Source of the DNA: the human T2T-CHM13v2.0 reference genome, Homo sapiens | Length of the DNA stretch: 64,000 bases | NCBI RefSeq assembly: GCF_009914755.1 | Contig: NC_060929.1 | Direction: 5' to 3' (one strand) | Part shown: piece by piece, positions 16,601 through 36,927 of the stretch | How the letters are laid out: each line of letters begins with the position of its first letter | Position numbering within the stretch: position 1 is the first letter of the stretch | Program-made: the position numbers and the translations under genes | Notes under the pieces: generated by a model | Database searches by the model: none | What the model saw: the letters and a program-made list of their open reading frames with translations, nothing else | What the model was told of the DNA's origin: nothing

Positions 16601-19349
16601 GGGACTTTGTTTTCCTCAGCTCTGGTCAGATGACAGCCTGGGAGACACTGCCTTTGAATGAAGAGTTGATGACTTTCCAGCATGGGGAAGCACCACATCA
16701 GTCCCGAGGCAGAAGGAGCAAGGGGAGGGCCCAGGCCGGGCCTTCACTGGGGTCTCTGTGGGAAGGAATAGATGAGGGTGGAGGTGAGTTTGAGCAAGCT
16801 TCGGGTGGGCCCGTTTGCCTAATGTTGGCAGGCCCAGGGCTATGGGGTGGTCCCTAGTCATCCAGTACCATGCTCTGGAGTGAGATGGGGCAGGGAGAAT
16901 ATTCCCTGGGTGTGTGAGTTAGATAAAGGGTGTGGTGGGGGCAGGGGCTTCTGACTGCTGGTTTGCATAGGGAGGTGTGTGCTGTCTCCAGAACTAGCCA
17001 GCCCTGGGAGGGGCAGTCCCTTCCCCGCCAGCAAAGCCTTCTGCGATGCCAAAGCACCATAGAACACAGAAACCAGAAAGCGTGGTTAATCCAGGAGCCG
17101 CACGAGGACTGATGCCTTCCATATCGGTGTCCTGTATGTGCTCTGCCGTATTCTACCTCCTCTTTTTAAAATGCAAATAGAGAATCCAATCTGAAGAACT
17201 AATGCAAAGGACCTCTTTAATGCTTATCAGCCACCCCTCCGCCCTTGGCTGTCTTTCTGGTATCAGCATCCTCCTCCTCCTCCCTCCCAGACTCCAGGCC
17301 CTGGGCTCCAGAAGGTCCATCCCTGTGGCCTCAAGGCACCAGGCACATCCATGCCAGCTTCATCCTCTCCAGTGACACGGCTGTGCAGCTGTAACTGAAA
17401 ATTTAACAGACTGTCCCTCTGACTATTTCTCCTTCACTTTCTTGTAGCAAAACAAAAAGGGGGAAAAATGCATCCCAGGGGTTTCCAGCTGCCACCTTTT
17501 CAAGCCACCGTTAGGCTGGCCAACCCCCGCCAGTTTCCTCCCATCCTCCTGGGATGCCTGGGGGACTCCATCACCACTTTCTAGAAACTGCCTATAGTCA
17601 GAGGTGGCCTGGGGCTGCCCACACAGGCATGGAGACGTGGAGGACACAGCCTGATGCTAGACTGCACAGGACCCTCTTCCGCCAGGTTCCCCGGACACCT
17701 CCATCCCCTCTTCTTGCAATCATGTCATTGCATGGTAGCGCCTGTGTCCTAATGTTCCCATGCCACAAGTCTGGAGCCCTTCGCTCCTGTCTCCCGAGGC
17801 CAGGATTGAGCCTGCTTGGCCCAGAGGAGGGGGCAGTAAATGTCATGGACAGAAGCAGTGATGGGAGAGTGGTTAATGTGGAGTCGTCACAGTGACACAG
17901 AGGCTGAGGCACACTGTCTGGCACAGCCCAGCCAGGCGCTGCCCACAGCTGAGCTTCCAGAGGACACCTTCTGTGTCACCATATTCCAGGATTCAAATCC
18001 TTCCAGTCTGGGACAAGTTCCACGGGGTGCCATGAGGCTGCCCCAGTTTGATTTTAAAATGTACAGTGAAATGCCTACCTTGGTGGTGGCCAAGCCCTGA
18101 CCCTGCCAAGGACAGTCTGGGAGAGGCAGGGCCAGCCTGAATGCCCCGTGCTGATGGACACACAGGCACAACACCCACAGCTCAGGGAGCCCGCTCCAGC
18201 CTGCCGTGGAGCCCAGGGCCAGGTGGTGAGCCATGAGCCTGCTCGGGACAGTCCTTCCTGATCCTGGAAGGGAGCGGCCCAATTATAACAGCTCCCGGCC
18301 GGCAAGGCTCTCAGTGGAGCCGAGCCCGGAGAGAAGGCCTGCACTGCCAGATGGGCGAGCTCATTAGAATGGGAGTGTGGTATTTCTTATGCAAATGAGG
18401 GCAAATACATCCATGGGAGAAATGTGAACAACAGACATGCACAGGAGCACGGACTTCACCGGGTTTCAAGAGGAGAGGGAGCTGGGACGGGAGACCAGGA
18501 GAGATCTCTGCCCCCAGCACTGCCCTGCAGTGGCCTAGCCCAGGCCTTCTGGATCTGCCTACATGGAATGCTCAAGAGAGAAACTGAGGCCCCAGGGGCC
18601 CTGCATATGGGTGGAGGCTGGCCTGACCTGCATCCTGGAACAGAGAGCTGCCCGGGCACCTATAGGCAGGCAGGAAGTCACTGGGCAGAGGGACAGGTGC
18701 AAGGCCAGGTCCACAATCCTGGCCAGGCTCCAGGGGAGGGAGATGCCCCAGCAAATGGGACACGGGCCAGATGTAGACTGTAGCCAAGGGACCCAGAACA
18801 GAAGCACCAGGGCCCAGTTTTAGGGAGCACCCCACAGGAGCCAGGGCTTGTCCTGCGCCTCAGAGACTCCACAGCTCAGCACTCTGGGCTCACCCAGGTT
18901 GGGTTACCGGTCAGATGCACCTGCTCCATCTCCATTCTGCCACATCCTATGACCTACAGTCCAGATCTAGGACTGGGCTCACACCCTCTGAGCCCTTTCC
19001 CCGGCATCCTGCCCCTCAGGGTCCTGCAAGCCCCTGCTCCTACACATCCACAGTAAGCCCCTTGCCTCTCCCATCTCTGCCCCTCCCTGCCTCACGCCTC
19101 TGCAGACCTCAGATCTCTTTCCCTGTCCCTTCCCAGTGCACTCGCGGCCTGCTCACCCTGCCCACCATGGCCGCCTTCAGCCCCCTCTCTCCTCCCTGGC
19201 AGCTGCAGCTCCCTCAAGGCTGCCGCCCTGGCCCTTGGTCTGTGCTGCCTTCCGCTGACCAGTCCCTTTGCCCCCCAACCCTGTCCAATCCTCAAGTTCC
19301 AGCATCCTCCTGGGGCTCCTTCCCACTCTCCAGTGACCTGCCCTGGCTC

Positions 19350-21645
19350 AGGGCGCTCAGGGCCTTCTCAGCACTGTCATCGCTGATCTCTGCAGGCATC
19401 GCCCTCTGCTCCGCCAGCTCCCGTCTGTCCAGGTTGCACCATCATAACCCAGACACCAACACCCTCAACCAGGACTTGCAGTCCACCATCATGCCCGTCC
19501 CTGCTGAATTCCACTACTGTGCCTCTCGACACGCTTTCCACTCTCATTAGGCAAAGCCCTGGGCAAAGCTGAAGGCCTGGGTACCCCACCTCTGCCTTCC
19601 AGCACCCTCTGCAGGTGAACAGACAACACCCAGGCCAGGCCCAGGGTCATGGACCCATACCTTAGAACCCCTGGCAGGCACAGGGAAGACACACAATTGC
19701 CTGACCTACCCCCGGTCCCTCCCACTCTGCCGTCCCACCTGGCGACTGAACACCCTCTGCTCTGCTCAGCTCCCAGGACCTAACAGCCACACACACAACC
19801 TCAGCTTCGGACCTGGCCGCCCAGCTCACTGCAACAATAGGAGAGGCTTTCCATAGCTCTCACCCACAACAGCCCCCTCCCCAGCACGTGCACCCCCAGA
19901 GACCACTCTCCCACCTATCACCATCCTCCCCACACATCATCTTCACACTGGTCACCATCCTCCCCACACCACCCTCCCACCCGTCACCATCATCCCCACA
20001 TACCACCCTCCCACCCTCCCACCCATCACCATCATCCCCACACACCACCCTCCCACCCTCCCACCCGTCACCATCGCTCCCTGCTCTGCCCTCTCACTTG
20101 TTAGCATGAGTGCACTAGGCAGGGACACATTGCTCTGTTCTTCCTCTTGGGCCTGGATCCCCATCCACTCACCAACTCCAACGCGCTGCCCAGCAATTCT
20201 CTGCATGTTTCTCTCTGTTGTATCATCCCATAAGCAGATCGATAGGCTCTTCTGTCACCCGTCTTGACCACAACTGAGATGACTCCAGATCCCCCCCACC
20301 AGCTTCCATGCAGTTCCCGCCCTTTGCAGCAGCATCCCCCACCCTCCCTTCAGTGACTCCATCCGGGCTTCTCCCCACCTCTCCACCAAGGCTGTTCTCA
20401 TGCAGGCTCATGGCCTCTGGGTCATCCTCCTCCAGCAGTCAGTGGCTTTGGCCCAGCCCATGGCGCCCTCCTCATGGATCCACGGTCTTCACTAGGCTCC
20501 CAGGACATCCACCCTGGCATTTGCCCTCCGCCTTGGTTGTTTCCCCTCCAACTTGGCTTGGTTCTACTCTTCTCCCCAGCTTCTGACTGCCACAGTGCAG
20601 TCCTCTCCTCTCTTCTAACTGCACTCACTTCCACACTGATCTCCCAGCTCACAGCTTTAGATGCCATCTATAGACCTCCCACCCCTAGGTGCATGCCTTC
20701 AGCCCAGCCCTTGCTCCCAAAGCCCAAGGTCAAATGTCCAGCTGCCTGCTGGCATCTCTCCTGGATGTCTCATCCTTGACTCCAATGAAATAAGCCCAAA
20801 GCTGCATTTCTGCTCTTCCCCGGCCCCACCTGCTCCAGGCATCAACTTCTGCATCTCAGTTGATGGCAACATCTTTCTTCCAGGTGCCTTAGCTCCTCTT
20901 CTTCCTTCACACCCCTGCCCCCGCCCCCCCGCCCCCCATCCAATCCATCAGCAGATTCTCTGGGCTCTACCTTGAAAGTACACTCCCATACTCACCCCGT
21001 CCCACTGTCTCCATGGCAGCCTCCGGTTCTGGCCCACCATCACCTCTAGCCTGGAAGACTGTGACCGCCTCTGACCTGCTTCTGCTCCTTCCCTCCTCTG
21101 CTCATGGCCCCCACCATGGCTCCCCATTTTCTCGTGTAAAAGCAGAAGTCCTTTCAGCAGCCTGAGACCGTCAGGGCCAGCCCGCTTTATCTCTCTGGAC
21201 CCACCCCCTGTCACTCTCCCTGGCTCACTTCCAGCGGGCCACACCCATCTCTCTCCTGGTCCAGTCTTGGGTGCTGGGCTGCAGTTCCCCTGGGCCGGGA
21301 ACTCTTCCCCACTCCGCCAGCTCCTTCACTCAGCTTGAGGATTTGCCCAGAAGGTCCCTTCTCAGTGATGCCCAACCTGACCACCCTGTTTCATACTGAA
21401 GCCTACCTCCTACTACCTCACCCCACTCTTCATCTTTCTTCCATAGCACCAATCATTTCCTAGCACATGAAGTAATGTATTGACTAATCACGCTTATAGT
21501 TCATTAGCTGTTCTCTCCTACTAAAATATGAGCCCCCTGAAGGCAGGGATCATTTTGATCCGTTTTGATCAGTGATGTGTCCCAAGTTCCTTGAATAATA
21601 CTGTTACATAATAAGTACAGATGAGCTGAATGAATACACATGAAA
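19350..21645 (+). mobile_element. Long degenerate L2 LINE remnant
   Basis: C/T-rich L2-like motifs (CAGCTGCCTGCTGGCATCTCTCCTGGATGTCT; CATCTCAGTTGATGGCAAC) ending in TGAATGAAT; 5' boundary uncertain. Confidence 0.6.
19905..20075. repeat. C-rich ~42-bp tandem repeat
   Basis: Repeats of ACCCTCCCACCC(G/A)TCACCATCATCCCCACA; the ORF track shows a 14-aa period (SHPSPSSPHTTLPP). Confidence 0.8.
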
Positions 21646-21739
21646 TGCCCCATGACCACTCTGCTTAGGAGCATTAGGTGAGTACAGCTCTGGGTCGAAC
21701 TAACTTTCCAAGCTTGACTCTTAGGAGAGAGATTAGTAA

Positions 21740-21967
<228 letters not shown>

Positions 21968-22351
21968 TGATGTAACAAGCCTTTATTGGCTCAGGCAATA
22001 AAGAGGAATTAGCTGCAGGCATGGGCGGATCCATTCAAGCAGATGCTGTGGTCACGGGTTGAGCTCTTTCCTGCTGCCTTGAGCCTGAGGCAGGCTATTC
22101 TTCCTGTGCGGCTCCACAGCTTCAGGCCAGCCCCCTCCCCGCTCAAATCCCTGAGGCAGAGCTCCTCTGAAGAAGACTTCCGATATTAGGTTGCCTGGGC
22201 CCAGCTTGAATCAGGCACCCCCAGCCGAGTCGCCCTCCAGGGGATGGAATACGGGACTCCCAGCCCCGGAAAACGGAGTCCGCCTGAGCCACGGGACTCG
22301 GATGGAAGGCAAGTGAAGCCTGATACCTCAGTGCAGATACGTGGCTGGCTT

Positions 22352-22980
22352 TGTTGCAGGATTTTCCTTAGTTTAGCTAAAGACGGGATCTTGTCCATCC
22401 CATGGCCATGAAAATTTAGGCTCACAGACGCTTTAAAGGGTGAGTAAAGCAATGTTTTATTGGGTGAAAAGGGAAAAAAGGAGGGTGGGTAACAGGGATT
22501 CTCCACAAGGCCAGAGTCTCCTGCTAGAGTGCTCCCTGCCCGCCCCATTCTAATCCCAGGTTCCACACAGGAAGAGGCGGTTCCCAGGTTCCACACAGGA
22601 AGAGGCGGTTCCCAGGTTCCACACAGGAAGAGGCGGTTCCCAGGTTCCACACAGGAAGAGGCGGTTCCCAGGTTCCACACAGGAAGAGACGCCCAGGTTC
22701 CACACAGGAAGAGGCGGTTCCCAGGTTCCACACAGGAAGAGGCGGTTCCCACGTTCCACACAGGAAGAGGCGGTTCCCACGTTCCACACAGGAAGAGACG
22801 CCCAGGTTCCACACAGGAAGAGGCGGTTCCCAGGTTCCACACAGGAAGAGGCGGTTCCCAGGTTCCACACAGGAAGAGGCGGGGCGAGGCTCCTCCCTGC
22901 TGCAAAGGTCACAAACCTCGAGGCTTCGTCTCAGCGGGCGGGCTGGTTCTCCAGGGACCCCCTCCCACCTGGCTGTCTCA
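22352..22980 (-). mobile_element. ERV1 solo LTR (MER61-like)
   Basis: TGTTGCAGGATTTTCCTTAGTTTAGCTAAAGACGGG...GGCTGTCTCA; TTTATT polyA signal on the minus strand; near 4-bp TSD GCTT/ACTT. Confidence 0.75.
22555..22882. repeat. 28-bp VNTR, 12 units, inside the LTR
   Basis: Unit CCCAGGTTCCACACAGGAAGAGGCGGTT; units 5 and 9 are 25-bp variants ending GAGACG; units 8-9 carry CCCACG. Confidence 0.97.
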
Positions 22981-23398
22981 ACTTGAGCAGCTGTCCATGC
23001 TGGGGTGCCCGCCAGGGGTGTGGGAACCACTCCCAAGAGGCCTAGCAGTCCCAGCACTGACCAGGGTTGACCCGAGGAGTAACCTGCCTCCCCCGGAAAA
23101 CCTGAGCTGTCTTCTTCCCACCTCAGTCACCACCCAGATGTGAAGTAATGCAAAAGGCTCAACGTGGTCAAAAGAGCCCCGTTAGCCAGAATCTAGCCTC
23201 GGTTGCAAAGCAGCTTAACATGCAACAGCTCCCTACACGTTCTCCTGACCCCACCCTCCACCAACCCCCAAAGGCAGAAGCCATGAAGTCAGGACAAAGA
23301 AGGGTGGTGGCCATGCTATCCCATTGTTCTACAGGTACAGGACCACACAACGAGGACAAAATAAGACGTTTAAATATTCGAAAGAGCTGTCTCTACTA

Positions 23399-24137
<739 letters not shown>

Positions 24138-24479
24138 GGATCTCAGTTCTTCCCATGTTGGCTACAAGGTTAATTCGATCCTGATCAAAGTCCTAAAAAG
24201 GTTTGTTTGGGTTTGAGGTTTTGTGCTTTGACTTGTTGTTCAGTTGGTTGGTTGGTTTTTTGTTTGGTTTAAGATAGTGTTTTCTATTTTTTTCCCCTTG
24301 TTTTTGCTTTTTTGGAAGGGTAAGAGACTTAAATGTCAACGTATCAGAATGAAAACAGAGTTAGATCCAGGAAATTTCTGAAAAAGAGAAGTAACAGAGC
24401 AGGACCAGCACTCCCTTCCAGGGAGTGGCCCCGCTGCTGAGAGGGAGGGCCCGGGACAGAAGACGGAGTTCCAAAATAG

Positions 24480-24858
<379 letters not shown>

Positions 24859-24904
24859 TCAATAAAGAGCATTGAGAAGACTACAAAGTTGATTGGTTAA
24901 TGAT

Positions 24905-25214
24905 TTATTATTATTACTATTATTATTATTTGAGGTGGAGTTTTGCTCTTGTCGCCCAGACTGGAGTGCAGTGGCACAATCTAGGATCACTGCAACCTCC
25001 ACCTCCTGGGTTCAAGCAATTCTCCTGCCTCACCCTCCCAAGTAGCTGGGATTACAGGTGCGTGCCACCACGCCTGACTAATTGTTGTATTTTTAGTGGA
25101 GATGGAGTTTCACCATGTTGGCCAGGCTGTGCTCGATCTCTCGACCTCAGGTGATCCATCTGCCTTGGCCTCCCAAAGTGCTGGGATTACAGGCGTGAGC
25201 CACAGTGCCTGGCC
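24905..25214 (-). mobile_element. AluS with (TTA)n tail
   Basis: Antisense Alu. Confidence 0.92.
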
Positions 25215-25299
25215 TATTATTATTAATAATGCCAGGTCACAGCTATACTCCTTTCACTCAAAGTCCTGATGGATCAAATTTTTAAAACTAAATGATTCA

Positions 25300-25601
<302 letters not shown>

Positions 25602-27009
25602 CTAAATGATTCAGAGATGTCCAATTCATGATGAGGGACCATATTTGTATCATATCCTTCACTCCCGAAATAGCTAAGAAATGGCCAGATAATACATCAC
25701 TTTCGAGGGAATAAGTTCCCCCAGCTGCATGGGGATATGAGAATCATGCTCTTGGTGAGCCATATATTTTGAGGATTTCTGGAAAACAGCAAATTATATC
25801 AAACTTATAAGAGAAACCAGAGCAGAGGAAGTTTCATGTTAGAGGGAGGATTCATTTTTCCCACCAAATCTCCTTGGTGCCTCTTGCAAAGGGGTTCTCG
25901 ACATCCCAACATACCTGAGTCCCAGGGCATGTGCCGCTCATTCTCGGAGATGAAACCCAATACTCTAATAAGGAGAAAAATGACTAATGGAATAACCTTT
26001 CTGTTCATCCCCCTTTTGCAAAAATCATCCTCCTCTTGCGAAGATTTGGGGAAAATGAATCAAATGGAAATTCCTCAAATTCAAAGGCTTTTTATTGGTG
26101 TAGACCAACATCCCTTGTATAATACAATACATAAACCTGTGTAAAACACACTGACTTACACTCTCCGCACCCCCAGGACCACTTGCCATGTTTGCTCGTG
26201 GTTTGTTCAAACAAAGAAAATAAACCCCCGGGGATGCGCCCACTACTCGGACACTCCACAGAGGGGAGAAACCTGGTCCACTGGGTTTCAGGCAAAGCCC
26301 AAGTTTCCTTCCCCTTCTCCTCCCCCTACGAAAATTCCTTTCCAACAGTCCTCAGGCTTTTTGTAAGCTGTCCTCCAAAGCCCTTCCCCAGCGAGGACTA
26401 TGGGGCTGAAATGTAATCATTCTGCTGAAGCATTGCTGAGTTTTAGCGAGTCCTGCTGGTGCCCCAGCCGCTGAGTGTGTCCTTGGAGCTGGTTCTAGAA
26501 GTTGTGATGGATTTTCACTTATCACTTCCCCGGCCCCTCTTGGGCAGCCTGCAGAAACAGAGACTGCCCCGTGGCGCCGCACGGAACACCTTGTCCTTGG
26601 CTGCACAGTGGGAGAGCGTGCTGTATATTCTTGAGAAACAGGGAATCTGTGTGCAAGCCGGGACCTCCTCCTCCTTTCCCCAACAGCGTCAGGAGGCAGC
26701 CCCCGTGGGCAGCGAACCAGGGAATAAACACTGTGGATTACCAGTGGGGAAGGAGCCTGGACCAGGCAACCCAAATACATGCACCCCTTGCTATTGTTAA
26801 AGCACCGTTGAAGTCCTGTTTTATATCCACCAAATTAGCAAAGAATAAGAAAGTTCTGGCCAGGACACAATGAAATTGGCACACACAGGCACACAGGGCT
26901 GCTGAGCACGGGCCTTCTCCCCAGAAGGCATAGAAACCAGTAACTCTCCAGTTTTCCCTTGGCAAGCTCAGGTCGTCTCTGTCATTTGGAACCCAGGAGT
27001 CCTGACTAA

Positions 27010-27487
<478 letters not shown>

Positions 27488-27879
27488 TTAAGGGAAAGCA
27501 GAGCCCTGAAGGATCCCGTCTGGTGCTTCCGGCTATAGAAAAGGAGCCACATGGGTAGGCCAAGATGGTCCAGATGGCAGGTGTTCACTGCACGCTACCC
27601 TGTGCCAGGTCTGGTGCTCCATGGCTCACCTGTGTTGTCACGTGTCACATTCACTCTCATTCTGAGGCAGGTGCATTTTGCAAAGGAAGACACTGAGGCA
27701 TCAAGCAGTCCATCGCTTGACCATGGTCAAGAAGGGGGTCCCAAACCCAGGCTGCGGGCCCCAAGCCGAAGCTCCAAAGGCAGCAGGAAAGGGAACAGCA
27801 GTCATGGAAAAGGGGAGGTGGTTTAGGGGCTTTTTATTTGTTGGTTTGGTTTCAAATTTCATCTTGAGTTTTTCCATTA

Positions 27880-28450
<571 letters not shown>

Positions 28451-28966
28451 TCAGTAATTAGCAGCCTGAGGGCAGGGGACAGAGGCCATTCTCACTCCAG
28501 GACCTCCCTCCTCCCTGGGGTGTCCTGGGGAATCTCTCCTGGGCCCTGGGCCCACCCACCACACCCCATTGATTAGGCCTTCCATAGAACTCTCAAATCC
28601 ACTCCCTCCACCCCATGCCTGGCACCGCCGTCCCAGTTCAGCCCTGGTTTCAGCCGCATACTCCTGTTCCAGGACCAGCTGTCTAAAGGGTAAGTGTTCT
28701 GCTCTCCCTATCCCGTTCCAGTTGTTCACAGGCTCACTGCGGCCTCCAGAGAAAATCCTGACGTCACGGCCTGTTGTCCCTGCTGTCCCCACAGTCCCTG
28801 TCTGCCACCCTCCCCCCACCACGCCCACACTGCAGGCTGCCATCAGCACACCGGGTCCCAAATACACCACGTGTGCTTCCTCACACCCCTGGACCACACT
28901 GCTCTCCAGCCCGGCACACCTTCTACACTGTCTGGTGAGTTCCTTTTTAAATAAAAGCTTTATTGA

Positions 28967-32020
<3,054 letters not shown>

Positions 32021-32026
32021 TTCTCT

Positions 32027-32334
<308 letters not shown>

Positions 32335-32434
32335 TGCCCCTTCTCTTTTTTTGAAGCTTGAGTCTTTTCCTTTATTCATCAGTTTTCAAAATAATGACTG
32401 GCTCCCTACCACCTCCCTAGGTGTGTGACACACT

Positions 32435-32966
32435 GCATTCTGGTTATCTGCTACTGTACAACTAATCACCCCAATGTCAGCAACTTAGACAACAACTGTC
32501 ATTATGGTTTTTATGGTTTTGTGGGCCAAGAATGCAGCAAGGCCCTGCTGAGCATTGTTCTGCTCCTCATCGCACCGACTGAGGTCACTGGATGGTTTTT
32601 CACCAGCAGATGGATGGTCTCGGACCCCAGAAGGCTTTATTCACCTGGCTGGCACATTGGTGGGCATGACGGGAAGGCCAGATGCAGCTGCACTGACACA
32701 CAGCGCCCACCCGCAGCCACTGAAGCATGAGGGCCTTGGGACAGGCACCTTCCCACAGGGCAATTCAGGGTGTCTGCAGGCTTCCAACAGAGGAAGTGGA
32801 AGCTGCTAGTTTCTTAAGGCCTGGGCCCACACATGTCTCATTTTTGCTGTATTCTACCAGTCAAAGCAGTCAATGAGCCCACCCACATTCATGAGGATGG
32901 GGACAAAGGCCCCACCATTGGAAGGAAGACTATCAAAAACTCTGGGGCCATCTTTAATCTGCCACA
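32435..32966 (-). mobile_element. MLT1 (G/H-like) LTR
   Basis: GTTATCTGCTACTGTACAACTAATCACCCCAA...GGCCATCTTTAATCTGCCACA. Confidence 0.7.
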
Positions 32967-33266
32967 AATTGGGTGTGCTGCTTTGGGCTTTTGTATTTTT
33001 TTTATGAACATGGATTCAAACACATATGATGAGTTTCAGTCCATTGCAGTTATTATTACTGATGCTCAAATTGACCCCATTTGGGGCAGGAGGAACTCTT
33101 CAAGTGGCCCCTGAGCCTTATTAATGTGACCTCGTGATCCTCAGTAATGTCCTTGCTTTGGGGTACAACAAGCTGTTCCCAGCTCACCTTGCACTCGTTT
33201 TCCTTAGGCTGGAATTGATCATTTCCCCTAGATGCAAAGGACTCAGTAAGAATACCAATCCTCCCC

Positions 33267-33866
<600 letters not shown>

Positions 33867-36246
33867 CTATCCTCTCTTTTCAAAGTTATTGATCAACACT
33901 GACTTCTCGGTATCAGTGACCTGTTTAACTTTTCCTACCTTAACCCTAGGTACCTGTGGAGCCGCTGGGAACACCCACGTGCTCTTCGGGGTCACTGACT
34001 CTTGCCTCTGGCTCCTACCTGATGCCTGATTGTTTTACTGTCACTTTCGCCAGTCAGCTCTGAGCACTGAGGACCGATAGGCCCCAGCCCTCCCTCCAGG
34101 CCTTGCTGTCCCCCTTTGCCTAGGAAGTTCGTATTCATCATCTAAAATCCATCTAATACTGACCCAGTTCACCACCTTCCCAACACGCCCACACGTGCCT
34201 TCCCCACTGTGTTCTGCATTCGCTGTCCACCGCGGCCACGCTGTCACCCGGGCACCTGGTCACCCTGTCACAGCCTGCATGCTTCCATGTCAGGAATCTG
34301 TGAGCTCGCCAGAGGTCAGGATCTCACCCCTCATCTCAGTGCCCAGTTGCTGGGGCAAGGCTAGCCCAACTGTCACTGAACTACATGAGTCTCTGTTGGC
34401 ATCAAAGAAGGGGGCGCCCTTGGCTTTCTCTGGCACCCCCTTCTTTGATACCTAGGAGGCAAAAAGTGGGAGCAGGCAGGAGGGAACATGAGCTGGGAAC
34501 TGGTAAGGGAATGCCTTTCCAAATGCAGTGGCCCACCAAGCCTTCCTATGGGGTAATGAGTTCACTCTAGACCGTGTGAATTAACTGCTAAGCAACCAGG
34601 GTGCGTGAAAGCCTCTGGGGCGCCCCACACCATTAGCTACTCATGAAGTGCTTTGTGTGCCCACTTCTTTCTCCACAGGTATTTGGCATGAGTGACTTAA
34701 CTGATAAGGTTTGAAAGTTAAAACCAGTTCCCACTAAGGCAGCCCTGGGGTCCTCTGGACACTATCGCCAACCATCTGAGTCTGTAACAAACACCCAGCA
34801 CCGAACAAAGCACGTCAGGGCCGCTCCAGTGGGGCTGGGCGGTTTTATGGGATCCATTCGCTAATTAAAATTCACTCTTCCAGGCAGCTGTGATCTTTGG
34901 TGTCTCATGCACTTGAAAAATATATCTTGACATTTAAGCCATGCTTGCTGGGATGGTGTGAGTAGCAGTGATAAGCCACAAATTCCAATCAGTGTAAAAA
35001 TGCTAAATTCCGTGTTGGGGCTTGATTTGAAGGGCAAGGGCACCCGAATTCCTACAGTTTGTCCCACTCCATCAGCACCCACAGAGACAAGCCTCTTCCT
35101 GTTCTCGGGATGACACAGACGCCCACCCGAGGCCACTGCCCACTCCTGAAATTTCAGGCTGCGATAACAACAAACTACATTTTCGCTCTGGACAATTTTG
35201 GGTGCTGTTATTGGCCAGTTGGTGTCTGCACAGCAGATAGTTCAGGTTCTGGGCCACACAAGGTCACGAGCCTGGGTGAGCAGAGCCTCCACCCCTGCCC
35301 CAGCTCAGCTCCCAGCCCATGGTGGATCCAGCCATCATCTCTGCCCAGGGTCGCTAAACAGGATCCAAGAGCCTGGGGGGAGTAGGAAGGCGCCCCGCTT
35401 ATTGCGGAATCCCTGCTCCCGGACATCCCCATCCTGGGAGCCTAGCCTCTGAGGCACACAGGGGGATCTCCCCAAGGCCCCTCCCACTCTCTCCCAGGTC
35501 CCCAGCGGGGGTACCCATGGCAGGGCAGGATGCTCCGAAAACCCAGCAGGCCTCTTCTATCTGAAGGCCCAAGCCATGCATCTCTGACCAGGGTGACTTT
35601 GTAAGGTGTCTGAGGTGTGGGCCCCAAACACCCTCCCACTTCATGCCTTGGCAGGAGCTGCTCTATGAGGCCGGAATGACCTCCACTCTCTGCCCCACCC
35701 CTCACCTGCACCACACCAGCCAAGGAAGGTCAGCCACCTAAGCTCTGGGGACCCTGTGTTGCTAATGCAGACAGTCCCTACAGACTCCCCCACACTGCTG
35801 TGGTCTGCCATGGCCTGTCCCTGCCCGTTGTAGGGAAAGCCACGTTCTATCATGAAGTGGGGGTGAGGCTGGGGATGGGAGCATAGGGAGACCTGCCCTG
35901 GGGGTCAGGAAGACCCCCCACTGGCCCCTGGGTCACACCAGGTTCAGAGCAAAGGGTGGGATAGGGAGTGGGCATCATGGAGCTTAGGTGGTCTTCTCAG
36001 GGTGGAGAGGTTGCCCAGGGAAATGCTCTCTTTCTTCCTTTTGTTTCCTCTAGGAGATTTGTTCAAGGTGGAGGCAGGGCAAGCCCAGGCATGGGACAGG
36101 GGCCTCTCCAGAGGAGAGAGACGCTGGACAAGCGGGGCCCTGGGGTGGGTGGGGCGCGTGCAGCTCAGGCCACTTCCTACATGTGCTGTGGGTCCCCTCT
36201 CTCACCTGCCCTGAGGTTTGTTTTGTTAACAACGTAGATGCTTTGC

Positions 36247-36533
36247 CTCTCTTAGTGCGTTCAGCTGTCATCACAGAATACCATAGACTGGGTGCTTATC
36301 AACGACAGAAATTTCTTTCTTGCAATTCTGGAGGCTGGGAGCCCGAAATCAAGTGCTGGCAAATTCAGCGTCTGGTGAGGGCTGCTTCCTGGTTCATAGA
36401 TAGCCCCTAGCCCTATTCATGAGGGCTCTGCCCTCATCACCCCCCAAAGGTCCCTCCCACCCCCGATACCATCACGTTGGTGACTAGGCTTCAGTATATG
36501 AAGCTGGGGGAGACACCAACATTCAGACCATAG
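36247..36533 (-). mobile_element. MLT1A-like LTR
   Basis: AATACCATAGACTGGGTG...TTCTGGAGGCTGGGA...AACATTCAGACCATAG. Confidence 0.8.
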
Positions 36534-36580
36534 GATTACGCATTGGCAAAATAAAATTCTTCTTAAAAATACATGTGGAA

Positions 36581-36927
<347 letters not shown>

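Noticed and set aside
22186-23143. Long repetitive ORFs and a superficially CRISPR-like 28-bp repeat array
   Set aside because: Units are contiguous with no unique spacers, there are no cas genes, and the DNA is primate. It is a VNTR inside an LTR.
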